Source: Phycisphaerales bacterium
GTDB lineage: Bacteria; Planctomycetota; Phycisphaerae; Phycisphaerales; UBA1924
Assembly: GCA_038247555.1 (NCBI GenBank)
Contig: JBBRUT010000001.1
Location: 21,704 to 85,703, forward strand
Direction of reading: 5' to 3'
DNA length: 64,000 nucleotides
Part shown: piece after piece, positions 40,708 through 49,780 of the stretch
How positions within the stretch are numbered: position 1 is the stretch's first letter
How the letters are laid out: each line of letters opens with the position of its first letter
Made by a program: the position numbers and the translations under genes
The notes under the pieces: generated by a model
Told to the model about the DNA's origin: nothing
Databases searched by the model: none
What the model saw: the letters and a program-made list of their open reading frames with translations, nothing else

Positions 40708-42830
40708 AGGCTCCCCATCCACTTCGCCCAGATGCTCAACACCAGCAGCACGTACAGCCGCTGCGAGTGGTCCCTGCGCTCGTTCATGTGCTCATCCACC
40801 ATCTGGCGGACGAAGTGCATGTTGAGCTCGATCCCCAGCCGCGGCGGGCCCCACGGCTCCGCGCTGTTCAGGTGGTCCATCAGCAGTTGCTTCATGCCGC
40901 CATAGTCGCTGCGGAACCACTCGCCGATCGGGATCGCAAACCCCCGCTTGGGCCGATCGACGATCACGGCGGGGAAGTACTTGCGGGCGACCTGGCGGAG
41001 GAGGCCCTTGCGCCGGCCGCGGGGCATGAGAGATTCGGGTGTGGCGCTCAGGCAACTCTTTGCCAGGGTTGGTGCGAGAAAAGGTGAACGGACCTCGAGG
41101 GCCACCGCCATTGAGGCCGTGTCGACCTTGCGCATCAGGTCGTTGGGGAGATAGAACTGCACATCCCATAGGACCGCCTCGGACAGTCCTGTCCAGCGGC
41201 CGTCGTGGTAGCCGGGTTGGGGCGGGCGGGAGAGGAGTTGGCGAAGTTCGCGCGATGGGAACACGGAAGCGAGGTCCGTGTACCCCAGGCCATTCGCTGC
41301 CGCCGCAAGCCGCGCGCCTCTCGCAAGCAAAGACCGCGTACCACGCACCGGCAGCCGTCGCAAGGGCACGTTGAGCGCCGCGAGCAATCCGCGGTGCCGG
41401 GCGATCAGCGCGGCAGCGCGGTATCGCTCGTACCCGAGGAACATCTCGTCGCCGCCATCGCCGGCGAGAGCGACCGCGACGTGCGCGCGTGCCGCGCGGC
41501 TCACCCAATAGGTGGGCAGGAGCGAACTGTCTCCCAGCGGCACACCCACTTGGCGGATGAGCATCTGAAGATCGGCGGCGGGGTTAGCGCGGCAGTCGAG
41601 GGTTGAGTGCGTGGTCCCCGCGATCCGGGCGACTTCGCTCGCGATCTCGGATTCATCATCCCGGGGATCGGGCATTCGTACGCAGAACGATCTGAGGCCT
41701 CCGAGTTCCCGCCTCGCCAGCAACGCCACCAGCGATGAATCGATGCCGCCGGAGAGGAAGCACCCCAGGGGCACATCCGCCTCCAATCGGTCGCGAACGG
41801 ACGAGACGAGCATCGACTCGGCATCGACCGCGGACATTGGGGTTGTCCGAGCCGGGCGTCCCGCCTTCGAGAACACCGGCCCGTGCGCCCCGTGCCGATA
41901 CTCAGAACCCCTTTCCACATAGGTGCGGCCCGCTCCGACCGTGCAGAGAAACTCGCCCGGGGGCGTGGCCGCATGACCAAACCGGAGCCACTCTTCCAGC
42001 CCGCGGTCGCAGCGCTGGTGCTCGGGCGCGATGGCCTTGTGCATGGACATCTTCGCCATCGGCGTGGCGACGGAGGCGAACGTGAGCGCCATCGCCCCCG
42101 ATTGATCCAGCCCCCGCGCGAAAAGCAGTGGCTTTTCACCGAACGAATCGCGGGAGAGAATGAGTCCGCCCATTCCGGCATCCCAGATCGCCAGCGCGTA
42201 CATCCCGTCGAGTCTGTCGAATAGACCCTCCCCCCATGCCCGCCAGCCGTGCAGCAGCACCTCCGTGTCGCTGTGGTCGCTCACAAACTCATACCCCGCG
42301 GCCAGCAACTCCTTCCGCAACTCGCGGTGGTTGTAGATGCAGCCATTGAACACCACGGCAATCAGGTCCGCTCCGCCCGTGGAATGGGCATCTTGACCAA
42401 TCGCATTCTCCAGCGAGTGCGCATCGCGCCCGTGCGTCTCCACCTCTCTCATCCCCTCATACACCACCGGTGCATCGGGCTTGCCGTGAAACAGCAACGG
42501 CATCATCGCTGCGCGTGCTGGCAAAACATCGCGCCCGGCACGCAGTCCCGCCCCACCTCGCACCGACACCATCGGCTGTTGCCCCGTCGCCGGGTCGATG
42601 ATCGCCAGCCGCCGGTGCACCAGCGCGACATCCACCACCGATCCATCGGCCCGCACCACCCGGTCCCGGAACCGCCCCTGACCATCCGGGCCGCGATGCC
42701 GGATCGACTCATCGAGAATGTCCAGCCACGCCTCGGGGATCGCCCCCCCAGCCTCCCGAGCCGGCAACGCCAGCGCCGCAGCCGCCTGTCCCGGAGATGT
42801 CACCTTGATGATGCCGCCGATCCCGCACAT
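40704..42830 (-). CDS. asnB: Asparagine synthase (glutamine-hydrolysing)
   Basis: 708 aa. MCGIGGI gives the Ntn nucleophile Cys2. PP-loop motif FLSGGIDSSLVA. Carries an insert in the GATase domain. Confidence 0.9.
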   Translation of the reverse strand: MCGIGGIIKVTSPGQAAAALALPAREAGGAIPEAWLDILDESIRHRGPDGQGRFRDRVVRADGSVVDVALVHRRLAIIDPATGQQPMVSVRGGAGLRAGRDVLPARAAMMPLLFHGKPDAPVVYEGMREVETHGRDAHSLENAIGQDAHSTGGADLIAVVFNGCIYNHRELRKELLAAGYEFVSDHSDTEVLLHGWRAWGEGLFDRLDGMYALAIWDAGMGGLILSRDSFGEKPLLFARGLDQSGAMALTFASVATPMAKMSMHKAIAPEHQRCDRGLEEWLRFGHAATPPGEFLCTVGAGRTYVERGSEYRHGAHGPVFSKAGRPARTTPMSAVDAESMLVSSVRDRLEADVPLGCFLSGGIDSSLVALLARRELGGLRSFCVRMPDPRDDESEIASEVARIAGTTHSTLDCRANPAADLQMLIRQVGVPLGDSSLLPTYWVSRAARAHVAVALAGDGGDEMFLGYERYRAAALIARHRGLLAALNVPLRRLPVRGTRSLLARGARLAAAANGLGYTDLASVFPSRELRQLLSRPPQPGYHDGRWTGLSEAVLWDVQFYLPNDLMRKVDTASMAVALEVRSPFLAPTLAKSCLSATPESLMPRGRRKGLLRQVARKYFPAVIVDRPKRGFAIPIGEWFRSDYGGMKQLLMDHLNSAEPWGPPRLGIELNMHFVRQMVDEHMNERRDHSQRLYVLLVLSIWAKWMGSL

Positions 42831-42892
42831 TCATGCAGCATACGCCATCGCGTGAAACGCCTTCGCGTCGCGGCACGAATCCCCATCGGGAA

Positions 42893-42946
42893 CCAAGGCG
42901 TCACGATCCCACACTCCCCGGCGCCTTGCCATCTTGACGCCTTGCC
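42893..42946 (+). repeat. Palindromic repeat family, copy 3 (asnB/yhhQ divergent spacer)
   Basis: CCAAGGCGTCACGATCCCACACTCCCCGGCGCCTTGCCATCTTGACGCCTTGCC, ending 86 nt upstream of the yhhQ ATG. Confidence 0.65.
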
Positions 42947-43032
42947 CCCCGCCACCGGCCCCTGCCGCACACCGTCCACCACCCCGCGGGTATGCTCCCA
43001 CTCTTCTCCACCACGCGCCAACTCCGCAGCCT

Positions 43033-43788
43033 ATGAACGACTCCACCCCCACCGCCGCGCTCGCCGCGGGCGAACCCTTCGCCCCGGACATCCGCACGCG
43101 CCTGTACCTCTGGATGTCCGCGATCTTTGTCACCAGCCTTCTGCTGGCGAACATCCTGGGCGTCAAGCTCTTCAGCTTTCAACTCTTTGAAGGCAGGCTC
43201 ACGGTCGAGCACACCGTGGGCATGCTCCCCTTCCCGATCACCTTCCTGCTCACCGACCTGCTCAACGAGTACTACGGCAAGCGTGCGGCCCGCCGCGTCA
43301 CCTACGTCGCCTTCGCCATGGGCGCACTCGCGTTCGGGTTGATCTATCTCGGCCGAATGATGCCCATCCTCGAAGGCATCCCCGGCACCGCCGATGCCGC
43401 ATCGTTTGAGACGATCTTTGGCTCCGCCGCGCTGATGTACATCGCGTCGATGGTCGCCTTCCTCATCGGCTCACTGCTGGACATCTGGCTCTTTGGAATC
43501 TTCAAGCGGCTCACCGGCGGAAAGATGATCTGGCTTCGGGCGACAGGCTCGACCGTCGTCTCCCAGCTCTTTGACTCTTTCGTCGTCACCTTCATGTTCT
43601 TCATCGTGCTGCAGAAACTCACCGGCGGCGAGGCCGCGGATGCGGGCTTCGTCTTCGGCACCGCCCTCACCGGCTACATCCTGAAGTTCGTGATCGCCGT
43701 CGCCCTCACGCCCGCGATCTACCTCGGCCGCTGGTTCATCCGCACACAGTTCGGCCTGCGACCTCTCCCGCCCGAAGCAGTCGCGTGA
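43033..43788 (+). CDS. yhhQ: Queuosine-precursor transporter YhhQ (VUT/DUF165 family)
   Basis: ATG at 43033 gives 251 aa. LLANILGVKLF, FPITFLLTDLLNEYYGKRAARRV and STVVSQLFDSFVVTFMFF are typical YhhQ blocks. Confidence 0.8.
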   Translation: MNDSTPTAALAAGEPFAPDIRTRLYLWMSAIFVTSLLLANILGVKLFSFQLFEGRLTVEHTVGMLPFPITFLLTDLLNEYYGKRAARRVTYVAFAMGALAFGLIYLGRMMPILEGIPGTADAASFETIFGSAALMYIASMVAFLIGSLLDIWLFGIFKRLTGGKMIWLRATGSTVVSQLFDSFVVTFMFFIVLQKLTGGEAADAGFVFGTALTGYILKFVIAVALTPAIYLGRWFIRTQFGLRPLPPEAVA

Positions 43789-43830
43789 GCCGGCCCAAGC
43801 GCACCGCCCGCGTATCTGCTCCGCATTTGC

Positions 43831-43850
43831 ACTTTGAACTTTGAACTTTG
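43831..43850. repeat. 7-nt tandem repeat (ACTTTGA x2.9) at the yhhQ/ispF convergent junction
   Basis: actttgaactttgaactttg, immediately followed by the hairpin GCTCACG-TCCT-CGTGAGC (43850-43867), which overlaps the ispF stop codon. Confidence 0.6.
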
Positions 43851-43851
43851 C

Positions 43852-44361
43852 TCACGTCCTCGTGAGCAGCACCACCACGTGCGCCTCCACCGCGCGCCCC
43901 TCCCCCACCGCATCCACGCGCTCGTGGCTCTTCCCCTTCACGTTCACCGCGCCCACATCGATCCCCAGCAGCCCCGCGATGTTCGCCCGCATCGTGTCCT
44001 TCACCGGCCCGATCCGCGGCTTCTCCAGGATCACCGTCGCATCGACATTGACCACGCACCACCCCGCCTCTCGCACCCGCCGCGCGGCCTCAACAACAAA
44101 CTCCCGCGAGTCCCGCCCATCGTTCTCCGCCGCGTTATCGGGAAACATCTGCCCGATGTCGGGCATGGCCAAGGCCCCCATCATGCCATCCACCAGGGCG
44201 TGGTAGAGGACATCACCATCAGAGTGCGAAATCGGGCCTCTTGGCCAATCCAGCGTCATGCCGCCAACGATCAGCGGCCGCCCCGGACCGGCCGGGGCTC
44301 GGTCTTCAAGGCGGTGCAGGTCATAGCCGTGGCCAATCCGGTAAGCTGCCGAGTTACCCAT
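43852..44361 (-). CDS. ispF: 2-C-methyl-D-erythritol 2,4-cyclodiphosphate synthase
   Basis: ATG at 44361 gives 169 aa. RIGHGYDLHRL, SHSDGDVLYHALVDGMMGA and DIGQMFPD motifs. The track ORF is an extension. Confidence 0.9.
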   Translation of the reverse strand: MGNSAAYRIGHGYDLHRLEDRAPAGPGRPLIVGGMTLDWPRGPISHSDGDVLYHALVDGMMGALAMPDIGQMFPDNAAENDGRDSREFVVEAARRVREAGWCVVNVDATVILEKPRIGPVKDTMRANIAGLLGIDVGAVNVKGKSHERVDAVGEGRAVEAHVVVLLTRT

Positions 44362-44534
44362 CTTCACTCCACATTCCCGGTCATCGCGGGCTTTGATCAG
44401 GAACAAGCACCCCGCTGGACGATACACAGAGGCCGCACCCGAAGGGAAATGCGCGGGAACCGCCCGAACACGGATTCCCGCCGCGGCATCGCACACAGGA
44501 AACCAGCCCATCAAACGGCTGGAGGAATACAGTA

Positions 44535-45020
44535 ATGGCCATGAACCGAACCACCATCCGCTCTTGCGCGATCCGGACCGTCGTAACCCTTTGTGGCATC
44601 GCGGCATGCGCGACGCTCTCGGGATGTCAGAACACTGGCGGCGGCGCCAGCCTGATGAGCGAGGGCGGGGTTGGCGCGTCGCTCGACAGCCATGTGTATG
44701 TCAGTCGGTCGTGGCAACCGTGGACCGTGACCGTTCGCGATACGCGGACAGGACAGGCATTCTGGTCGATCGATGTGCCAGTGGGCAAAAAGCTGGCGAT
44801 CCAGTTTGTCCGCGGCAGCGGCACCGAAACCCAGTACACGCCCGATCTGATGAAGTGGGGCTTGATGGAAGAGACCGCGGGTTTCTCGAACCTGACGAAC
44901 TCTCTGCCGGTTCCCGCACAGGATTCGCGCAGGCTGGAACCGACGCTCCGGGCGGTTCCCGAGCTGCCCCCCGACATGACCGGGCGCGCGGCGGTGGGGA
45001 CAGATGTTCAGGTCCGCTAA
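44535..45020 (+). CDS. Lipoprotein, unknown function
   Basis: 161 aa with lipobox TLSGC after a hydrophobic signal (VVTLCGIAACATLSGC). Confidence 0.6.
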   Translation: MAMNRTTIRSCAIRTVVTLCGIAACATLSGCQNTGGGASLMSEGGVGASLDSHVYVSRSWQPWTVTVRDTRTGQAFWSIDVPVGKKLAIQFVRGSGTETQYTPDLMKWGLMEETAGFSNLTNSLPVPAQDSRRLEPTLRAVPELPPDMTGRAAVGTDVQVR

Positions 45021-45220
45021 GGACTGCGCACTTTCCGCGCGTTGATGCAAGTGCTTGATTCACAAGCCCCTGCGCCATGAGAATCGTCATGCGTTCGGAG
45101 GGGATTCGGAAGTTACAACACCGAACGAAACGGGTGTTGAAAACTGCCAAAAAATCCCGTGAATCGCTTGAGAAACCGATAATTCTTCAATTTGCATAGT
45201 TGACGTGGTATGCTTGGACC

Positions 45221-46057
45221 ATGTTCAACATACCGGGTCAGACCGTTTGTGAGGGAAGAGAGGTCTGCGCCGATCGTCGTGGTTTCACGATTATTGAGCT
45301 GCTGGTCGTCATGGCGATCATCGCGATCCTTGTCGCGCTGCTGCTCGCGGGCATGCGCGGCGCAAGAGAGGCGGCACGCACAACCCTGTGCCTCTCCAAC
45401 CAACGACAGATCGCACTCGCCGCGCTCAACTACGCGAACCACAATCGTGACTTCATTTTGCGCGAGGGTTCGCAGCACGCAAACTACCCTCGCCTGAGCT
45501 GGGCCGTGGGCGTGCGTCCGTATCTGGACGACAAGGTCCCAAGCGATCAACAACTCGATGATCTGTTTGCGAACGCGCCGTACTACAAGGACCCGTCGCG
45601 GCGGCCGGATCGTCACAACATCCACTTTGTCGTCAACGCCTTTCCGTTCATTCTCGCCCCCAATGCAATGGGGGGAGTCTCCCCCCAGGTTGACGTGCGC
45701 GGCCGGACCGACTTCCGCTATCGCCGCGGACCCACCAAGCTGACGCGTCTGAGTTTCCCCGAGCAGACGATCTACATCACCGAACTTGGGGATGATGAGG
45801 ATGAGACGCTCGCGAATCTCACCGAGCTCCAGCCAGCCACGGACCTGGATCGCTCCCAGCTGTACGACATCTGGGATCCCCTCCACGTTACCGCGGGTTC
45901 CACCATCCTCCGCATTGCTCCCCGCCGACACGGAGGGGCCGGTAACGCGGCGTTCATGGACGGACACGCGACAACGATTCCAGCCGCGGGTTTGACCGAG
46001 TTGCCACCGGTGAGCAATGTCTGGGACGACCGCGATTATGGTGTTCGTCTGAACTGA
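45221..46057 (+). CDS. Prepilin-type N-terminal cleavage/methylation protein, HX9DG / DUF1559 family
   Basis: [22 protein letters not shown] pilin-like N-terminus. C-terminal [12 protein letters not shown] (H-X9-DG). ATG 45221 is preferred over the TTG at 45200. Followed by a terminator hairpin. Confidence 0.85.
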   Translation: MFNIPGQTVCEGREVCADRRGFTIIELLVVMAIIAILVALLLAGMRGAREAARTTLCLSNQRQIALAALNYANHNRDFILREGSQHANYPRLSWAVGVRPYLDDKVPSDQQLDDLFANAPYYKDPSRRPDRHNIHFVVNAFPFILAPNAMGGVSPQVDVRGRTDFRYRRGPTKLTRLSFPEQTIYITELGDDEDETLANLTELQPATDLDRSQLYDIWDPLHVTAGSTILRIAPRRHGGAGNAAFMDGHATTIPAAGLTELPPVSNVWDDRDYGVRLN

Positions 46058-46104
46058 GCCGGCATCCGCGCCGGTCGAAGCGGTACAACAATCTGGTTCG
46101 ATCA

Positions 46105-46134
46105 GGCCGACGCCGGGTCGTCGGCCATTTTCTT
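46105..46134 (+). terminator. Rho-independent terminator after the HX9DG gene
   Basis: GGCCGACG-CCGGGT-CGTCGGCC followed by ATTTTCTT, 48 nt after the stop at 46057. Confidence 0.6.
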
Positions 46135-46160
46135 GCGCCTGTCACATCGGAGCCTTCTGC

Positions 46161-47237
46161 ATGAACATCCGAACCGCCCTCATTCTGACCGCCGCGTCGG
46201 CTCTGACGTGCCTGCCCTCCCTTGCCCAGCAGCAACCGGCCGGGGCAACGCCCGACGCCCCCCCCGCTGCTGCCACACCCAAGGGGCCGGAGAAGACACC
46301 CGACGGCAAGACGGTATTCCCCGGTCCGAAGGGCAAGAAGGTCGCGTTTCCGCTGGAGCTATACGATGAGCAGGCGGATGGGGCGGCACAGATCCGCGAG
46401 GCAACGGCGCGGGCCCGGAGCGACAACCGGCGAATCCTGATCATGTGGGGAGAGAACTACTGCGGGTTCTGCTCGGAGCTTCACGACCTGCTGGATTGGG
46501 AGGATCCCCGGCTGCGGACCCTTGTCTCGACAGAATACGAGTTCGTCAAGATCGATCTGGGCAAGGCGTTTGCAAACACCCGCCACATCGACCTCGCCAA
46601 GTCCCTTGGCACGGATATCCGCGCTTCGGGTGCACCCGCGTTGACGATCATCGATCCGGTCAACGGCCGCGCCGTCGCCTCGATCGATGGGAAGGCGGCA
46701 CTGGCCAAGCCCATGACGATGCAGCGCGTCTATGACGATCAGAAACTGTATGAGTTTCTAGTCGAGAACCGCCCGACGCCCAGGATCGCCATGACCGCGT
46801 TCAGCGAGCAGCTAGTCTTCGCCGGACGCGCGGAGAAAAAGCTGCTGGTGTGGTTCGGGGAGCCGGAATCCGCTGCTTCAAGCGAGCTGCACCGCTGGTT
46901 CAACGATCCATCGGTCGCCGAGGCGCTTGGCGCCGGCTACCTGATCCTGAAGATCGATCCGCAGCGCATGACCACGGGCCGCATGGTGATGGACCGCGTC
47001 ACCGGGAAGCCGGGCGCACCCTGCCCGTTCATCGCGATTGTCAACAACCAGGGTCAGCCGATCGATTCGGGCTCGCTTCTGGAGGGATATCCGTCGACGG
47101 CAGAGCAACGCGCTGCGTTGCGGAGCGCACTGGCTTCGCACGGCTCAGCGGTCGACGGCGCGGAGCTGGATGCCGCGCTCGCCAAGCTTCCGGAGAAGCC
47201 GGCCGAGCCCAAGCCACGAGGGCCGGGCAAACCTTAA
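46161..47237 (+). CDS. Secreted tandem thioredoxin-like protein
   Basis: 358 aa with signal peptide (ALILTAASALTCLPSLAQ). First Trx-like module has WGENYCGFCSEL (CxxC at 46461-46472). Second module aligns as WFGEPESAASSEL, with the CxxC lost. Confidence 0.65.
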   Translation: MNIRTALILTAASALTCLPSLAQQQPAGATPDAPPAAATPKGPEKTPDGKTVFPGPKGKKVAFPLELYDEQADGAAQIREATARARSDNRRILIMWGENYCGFCSELHDLLDWEDPRLRTLVSTEYEFVKIDLGKAFANTRHIDLAKSLGTDIRASGAPALTIIDPVNGRAVASIDGKAALAKPMTMQRVYDDQKLYEFLVENRPTPRIAMTAFSEQLVFAGRAEKKLLVWFGEPESAASSELHRWFNDPSVAEALGAGYLILKIDPQRMTTGRMVMDRVTGKPGAPCPFIAIVNNQGQPIDSGSLLEGYPSTAEQRAALRSALASHGSAVDGAELDAALAKLPEKPAEPKPRGPGKP

Positions 47238-49780
47238 TCCCGCTCTCCCGCCGCGGACAGCGCGAGTGCGCAGTTGATCAGCCCTAGGTGTGAGTATGCC
47301 TGTGGGAAGTTCCCCAGCGCCCGCTGGGTCGTGGGGTCGTTCTCTTCGGCCAGGAGCCCGGTTGGGCCGGCGAGCGCGGCGTAGCGCTCAAACAACTCGC
47401 GGGCCTCGGCGATGCGGCCGATGAGCACCAGCGACTCGATGAGCCACGCGGTGCAGAGTAGAAACGTGCCCTCTTCGCCCGGCAGGCCATCGTCGGCGTG
47501 ATAGCGGTAGACACCGCCGGCGCATTGCAGCGTCTGCTGCACGCGTTCAATGGTCGCGATGAACCGCGGGTCATCGGGCGGAAGAAGACCCGTCAGCCCG
47601 ACGGCCAGACTGGCCGCATCCAGCGACGGAACGCCGAAGGCGATCGTGAACGAGTTCAGTTCGGGGTTCCAGCCGTTGCTCAGGATGTCGCTGGCGATCT
47701 CCTCGCGAAGGCGGTCGTAGTGCGCGGTGCGTCGTCCGGTGACGAACTCCTCGACCACGAGGCCCCGGGTGACGGCATGCCAGCACATGACCTTGGAGTG
47801 CACGTGGTGCTGCTTGGGGCCGCGAATCTCCCAGATGCCGTGATCGGGCTCGGCCCAGCGCGCCTCCACCGCGTGAAGCATCGACCGCACTAGCCGCCAG
47901 TGATCGGGGGAGATGGGTGCGCCCCGCTCAGCCAGCAGGGCGACGAGGTCAACGACGGGCGCGAAGACGTCCAGCTGCACCTGGTTTGCGGCGGCGTTGC
48001 CGATCCGGACGGGCTGGCTGCCCGCATAGCCCATGAGCCCGCTGATCTCACCTTCGGAGCCCAGCATCCCGCCGGTGACGGTGTAGATCGGCCGGAGCCG
48101 ATCCGGGGACTCGCACTTATCTACAACACCCAGAAGCCAGTCCAGCAGCTTGAGCGCGTGGCCGGTGTTCCCGAGTCGAACGAGCGCGGCCGCGGACAGC
48201 GCGGCATCTCGCGGCCAGCAGAACCGGTAGTCCCAGTTGCGGATGCCGCCGATGTGCTCCGGGAGACTGGTGGTCGCCGCCGCGGCAAATGCGCCAGAAG
48301 GACCGTGGCACAGAGCCTTGAGCACCAGGGCCGACCTTCGCACGAGGTGGCCCTTGAGGGGGGGCACGATCAGCGCGCGGGCCCAGCCGGACCAGAACTG
48401 CCGCGTCTGCGCGCGGCGATCGGGCTCAGAGGTGACCTGCGGCCTCAGGTTCCATGTCCCCGAGCGAATCTCCAGCACTCGAGCGGTCCCGGAGAGTTCG
48501 ATGGTGGCTTCAGCGGTCTGATGTCCATTGTCGTCGCGGATCGTCCATTCGACACCCGGCGAGAACAAGACGATCGGGTCGGATTGGCCTTCGACCTCAA
48601 GGCCATCTGGATGCACGAGGATGCGCGTGCCGACGCGGCCAAAGTCCAGACGCGGCGCAAAGGACACGCGGACCGAGCCCCGGCCCTCCAGCACCCGCAC
48701 CAGATCGCACCGACCGGCGCGCTGCCATGCCCGGCCGCCTGAACAATCCATGTAATCGGTGACGGTGAACCCGGGCCATCGCGTCGTGAGCACGAACGAG
48801 TCACCATCGTAAACCTGTTCGAGCGGCGCTTCGCCGCCGGCGTGGTTCACCGCAAACGCGCCGCCTGCGGAGCCTCCTGTGTCCAGAAGTTCCGCGAACA
48901 CCGAACCCGAATCAATCCGCGGCAAGCAGAGCCAGGTGATTCTGGCGTCGGGTGTGACAAGCGCCACAGTCCGCTGATCCGAGAGCAGGGAGTGATGCTG
49001 GATCGGCACGGCGGGCATCGCGCCCACACGAGCTGCACGCTCGAGCGTGATGGCCTCGAGCATCTCAACCACCTCCGCCGGCGAATCGACCCGGAGCGCG
49101 GCCAGCGTGGGACCGTCGCCTACTTTGATGCCAGCATCCGCCGGGCCGAGCACACCAAAGGCATCCTCATCGGTGACATCATCCCCGACAAACACAATCG
49201 ATGTGGCATTCAGATGATGCGCCATGCGGCGGAGGGCGGTGCCCTTGTCGGCATCAATCACCAGCATTTCGACAACCTTGCTTCCGAGTCTCAACCGTGC
49301 CCCGGGCTCGGAGTGCGCAACGGCCAGAGCCTGTTCGTACGCATCCGCGGCCCCTGCTTTCGATGCTTCACGGAAGTGAAGAGCCGCGCTCACCGGCTTG
49401 CGCTCCACCTGCGTGCCCGGGATGGTTCGGGAGATGCGATCGAGAGCCTCGATGAGCCGCGACCGCAGCTCCAAGGCCGCGAGCGGAAGTTCAACCCCGC
49501 TGCCGCCGGACTCTTCCGCGCCGTGGCTTCCGACCAGCGCGACGGATTCGCCAAGCCCGGTGAGACGCGCGCGGAGATCATCGAGGCCGCGACCGGAGAT
49601 GATCGCCACATGCGTATCCCGCAATGACGCCAGTGCCGAGAGTACCGCGATCGCCCCCGCGGCGGGCATTGCCGCGGCGGGATCAGTCACGAGCGGGGAA
49701 AGCGTGCCATCGAAATCACATGCGACCAGGCAAGTCTGTGAGCGCGTGAACGCAACGATTTGCGGGGGCAGGGGATTCAT
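47234..49780 (-). CDS. otsB: Trehalose-6-phosphate phosphatase (OtsB) fused to a GH15 glucoamylase/trehalase-like domain
   Basis: ATG at 49780 (ATGA overlap with the otsA stop) gives 848 aa. HAD motifs ACDFDGTLSP and VFVGDDVTDEDAF in the first 250 aa or so. Then GH15 blocks WDYRFCWPRDAALSA and GLLAEENDPTTQRALGNFPQAYSHLGLI. Confidence 0.85.
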   Translation of the reverse strand: MNPLPPQIVAFTRSQTCLVACDFDGTLSPLVTDPAAAMPAAGAIAVLSALASLRDTHVAIISGRGLDDLRARLTGLGESVALVGSHGAEESGGSGVELPLAALELRSRLIEALDRISRTIPGTQVERKPVSAALHFREASKAGAADAYEQALAVAHSEPGARLRLGSKVVEMLVIDADKGTALRRMAHHLNATSIVFVGDDVTDEDAFGVLGPADAGIKVGDGPTLAALRVDSPAEVVEMLEAITLERAARVGAMPAVPIQHHSLLSDQRTVALVTPDARITWLCLPRIDSGSVFAELLDTGGSAGGAFAVNHAGGEAPLEQVYDGDSFVLTTRWPGFTVTDYMDCSGGRAWQRAGRCDLVRVLEGRGSVRVSFAPRLDFGRVGTRILVHPDGLEVEGQSDPIVLFSPGVEWTIRDDNGHQTAEATIELSGTARVLEIRSGTWNLRPQVTSEPDRRAQTRQFWSGWARALIVPPLKGHLVRRSALVLKALCHGPSGAFAAAATTSLPEHIGGIRNWDYRFCWPRDAALSAAALVRLGNTGHALKLLDWLLGVVDKCESPDRLRPIYTVTGGMLGSEGEISGLMGYAGSQPVRIGNAAANQVQLDVFAPVVDLVALLAERGAPISPDHWRLVRSMLHAVEARWAEPDHGIWEIRGPKQHHVHSKVMCWHAVTRGLVVEEFVTGRRTAHYDRLREEIASDILSNGWNPELNSFTIAFGVPSLDAASLAVGLTGLLPPDDPRFIATIERVQQTLQCAGGVYRYHADDGLPGEEGTFLLCTAWLIESLVLIGRIAEARELFERYAALAGPTGLLAEENDPTTQRALGNFPQAYSHLGLINCALALSAAGERD

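Noticed and set aside
39295-40722. 475-aa minus-strand ORF
   Set aside because: It is antisense to the Tat-SDR gene, which has a Tat signal, an SD and a Rossmann motif.
42947-43032. Possible preQ1 riboswitch in the yhhQ leader
   Set aside because: The leader is C-rich (CCCCCCGCCACCGGCCCCTGCC...) and lacks the A-rich tail and compact hairpin of preQ1-I, -II or -III as I remember them. An Infernal scan is needed to be sure.
45176-45182. CCGATAA heptamer upstream of the HX9DG gene as a sigma-28 promoter
   Set aside because: No TAAA/TCAA element occurs at 15-17 nt upstream. The local sequence is AT-rich, so the heptamer is less surprising here. It is mentioned only as context in a finding.
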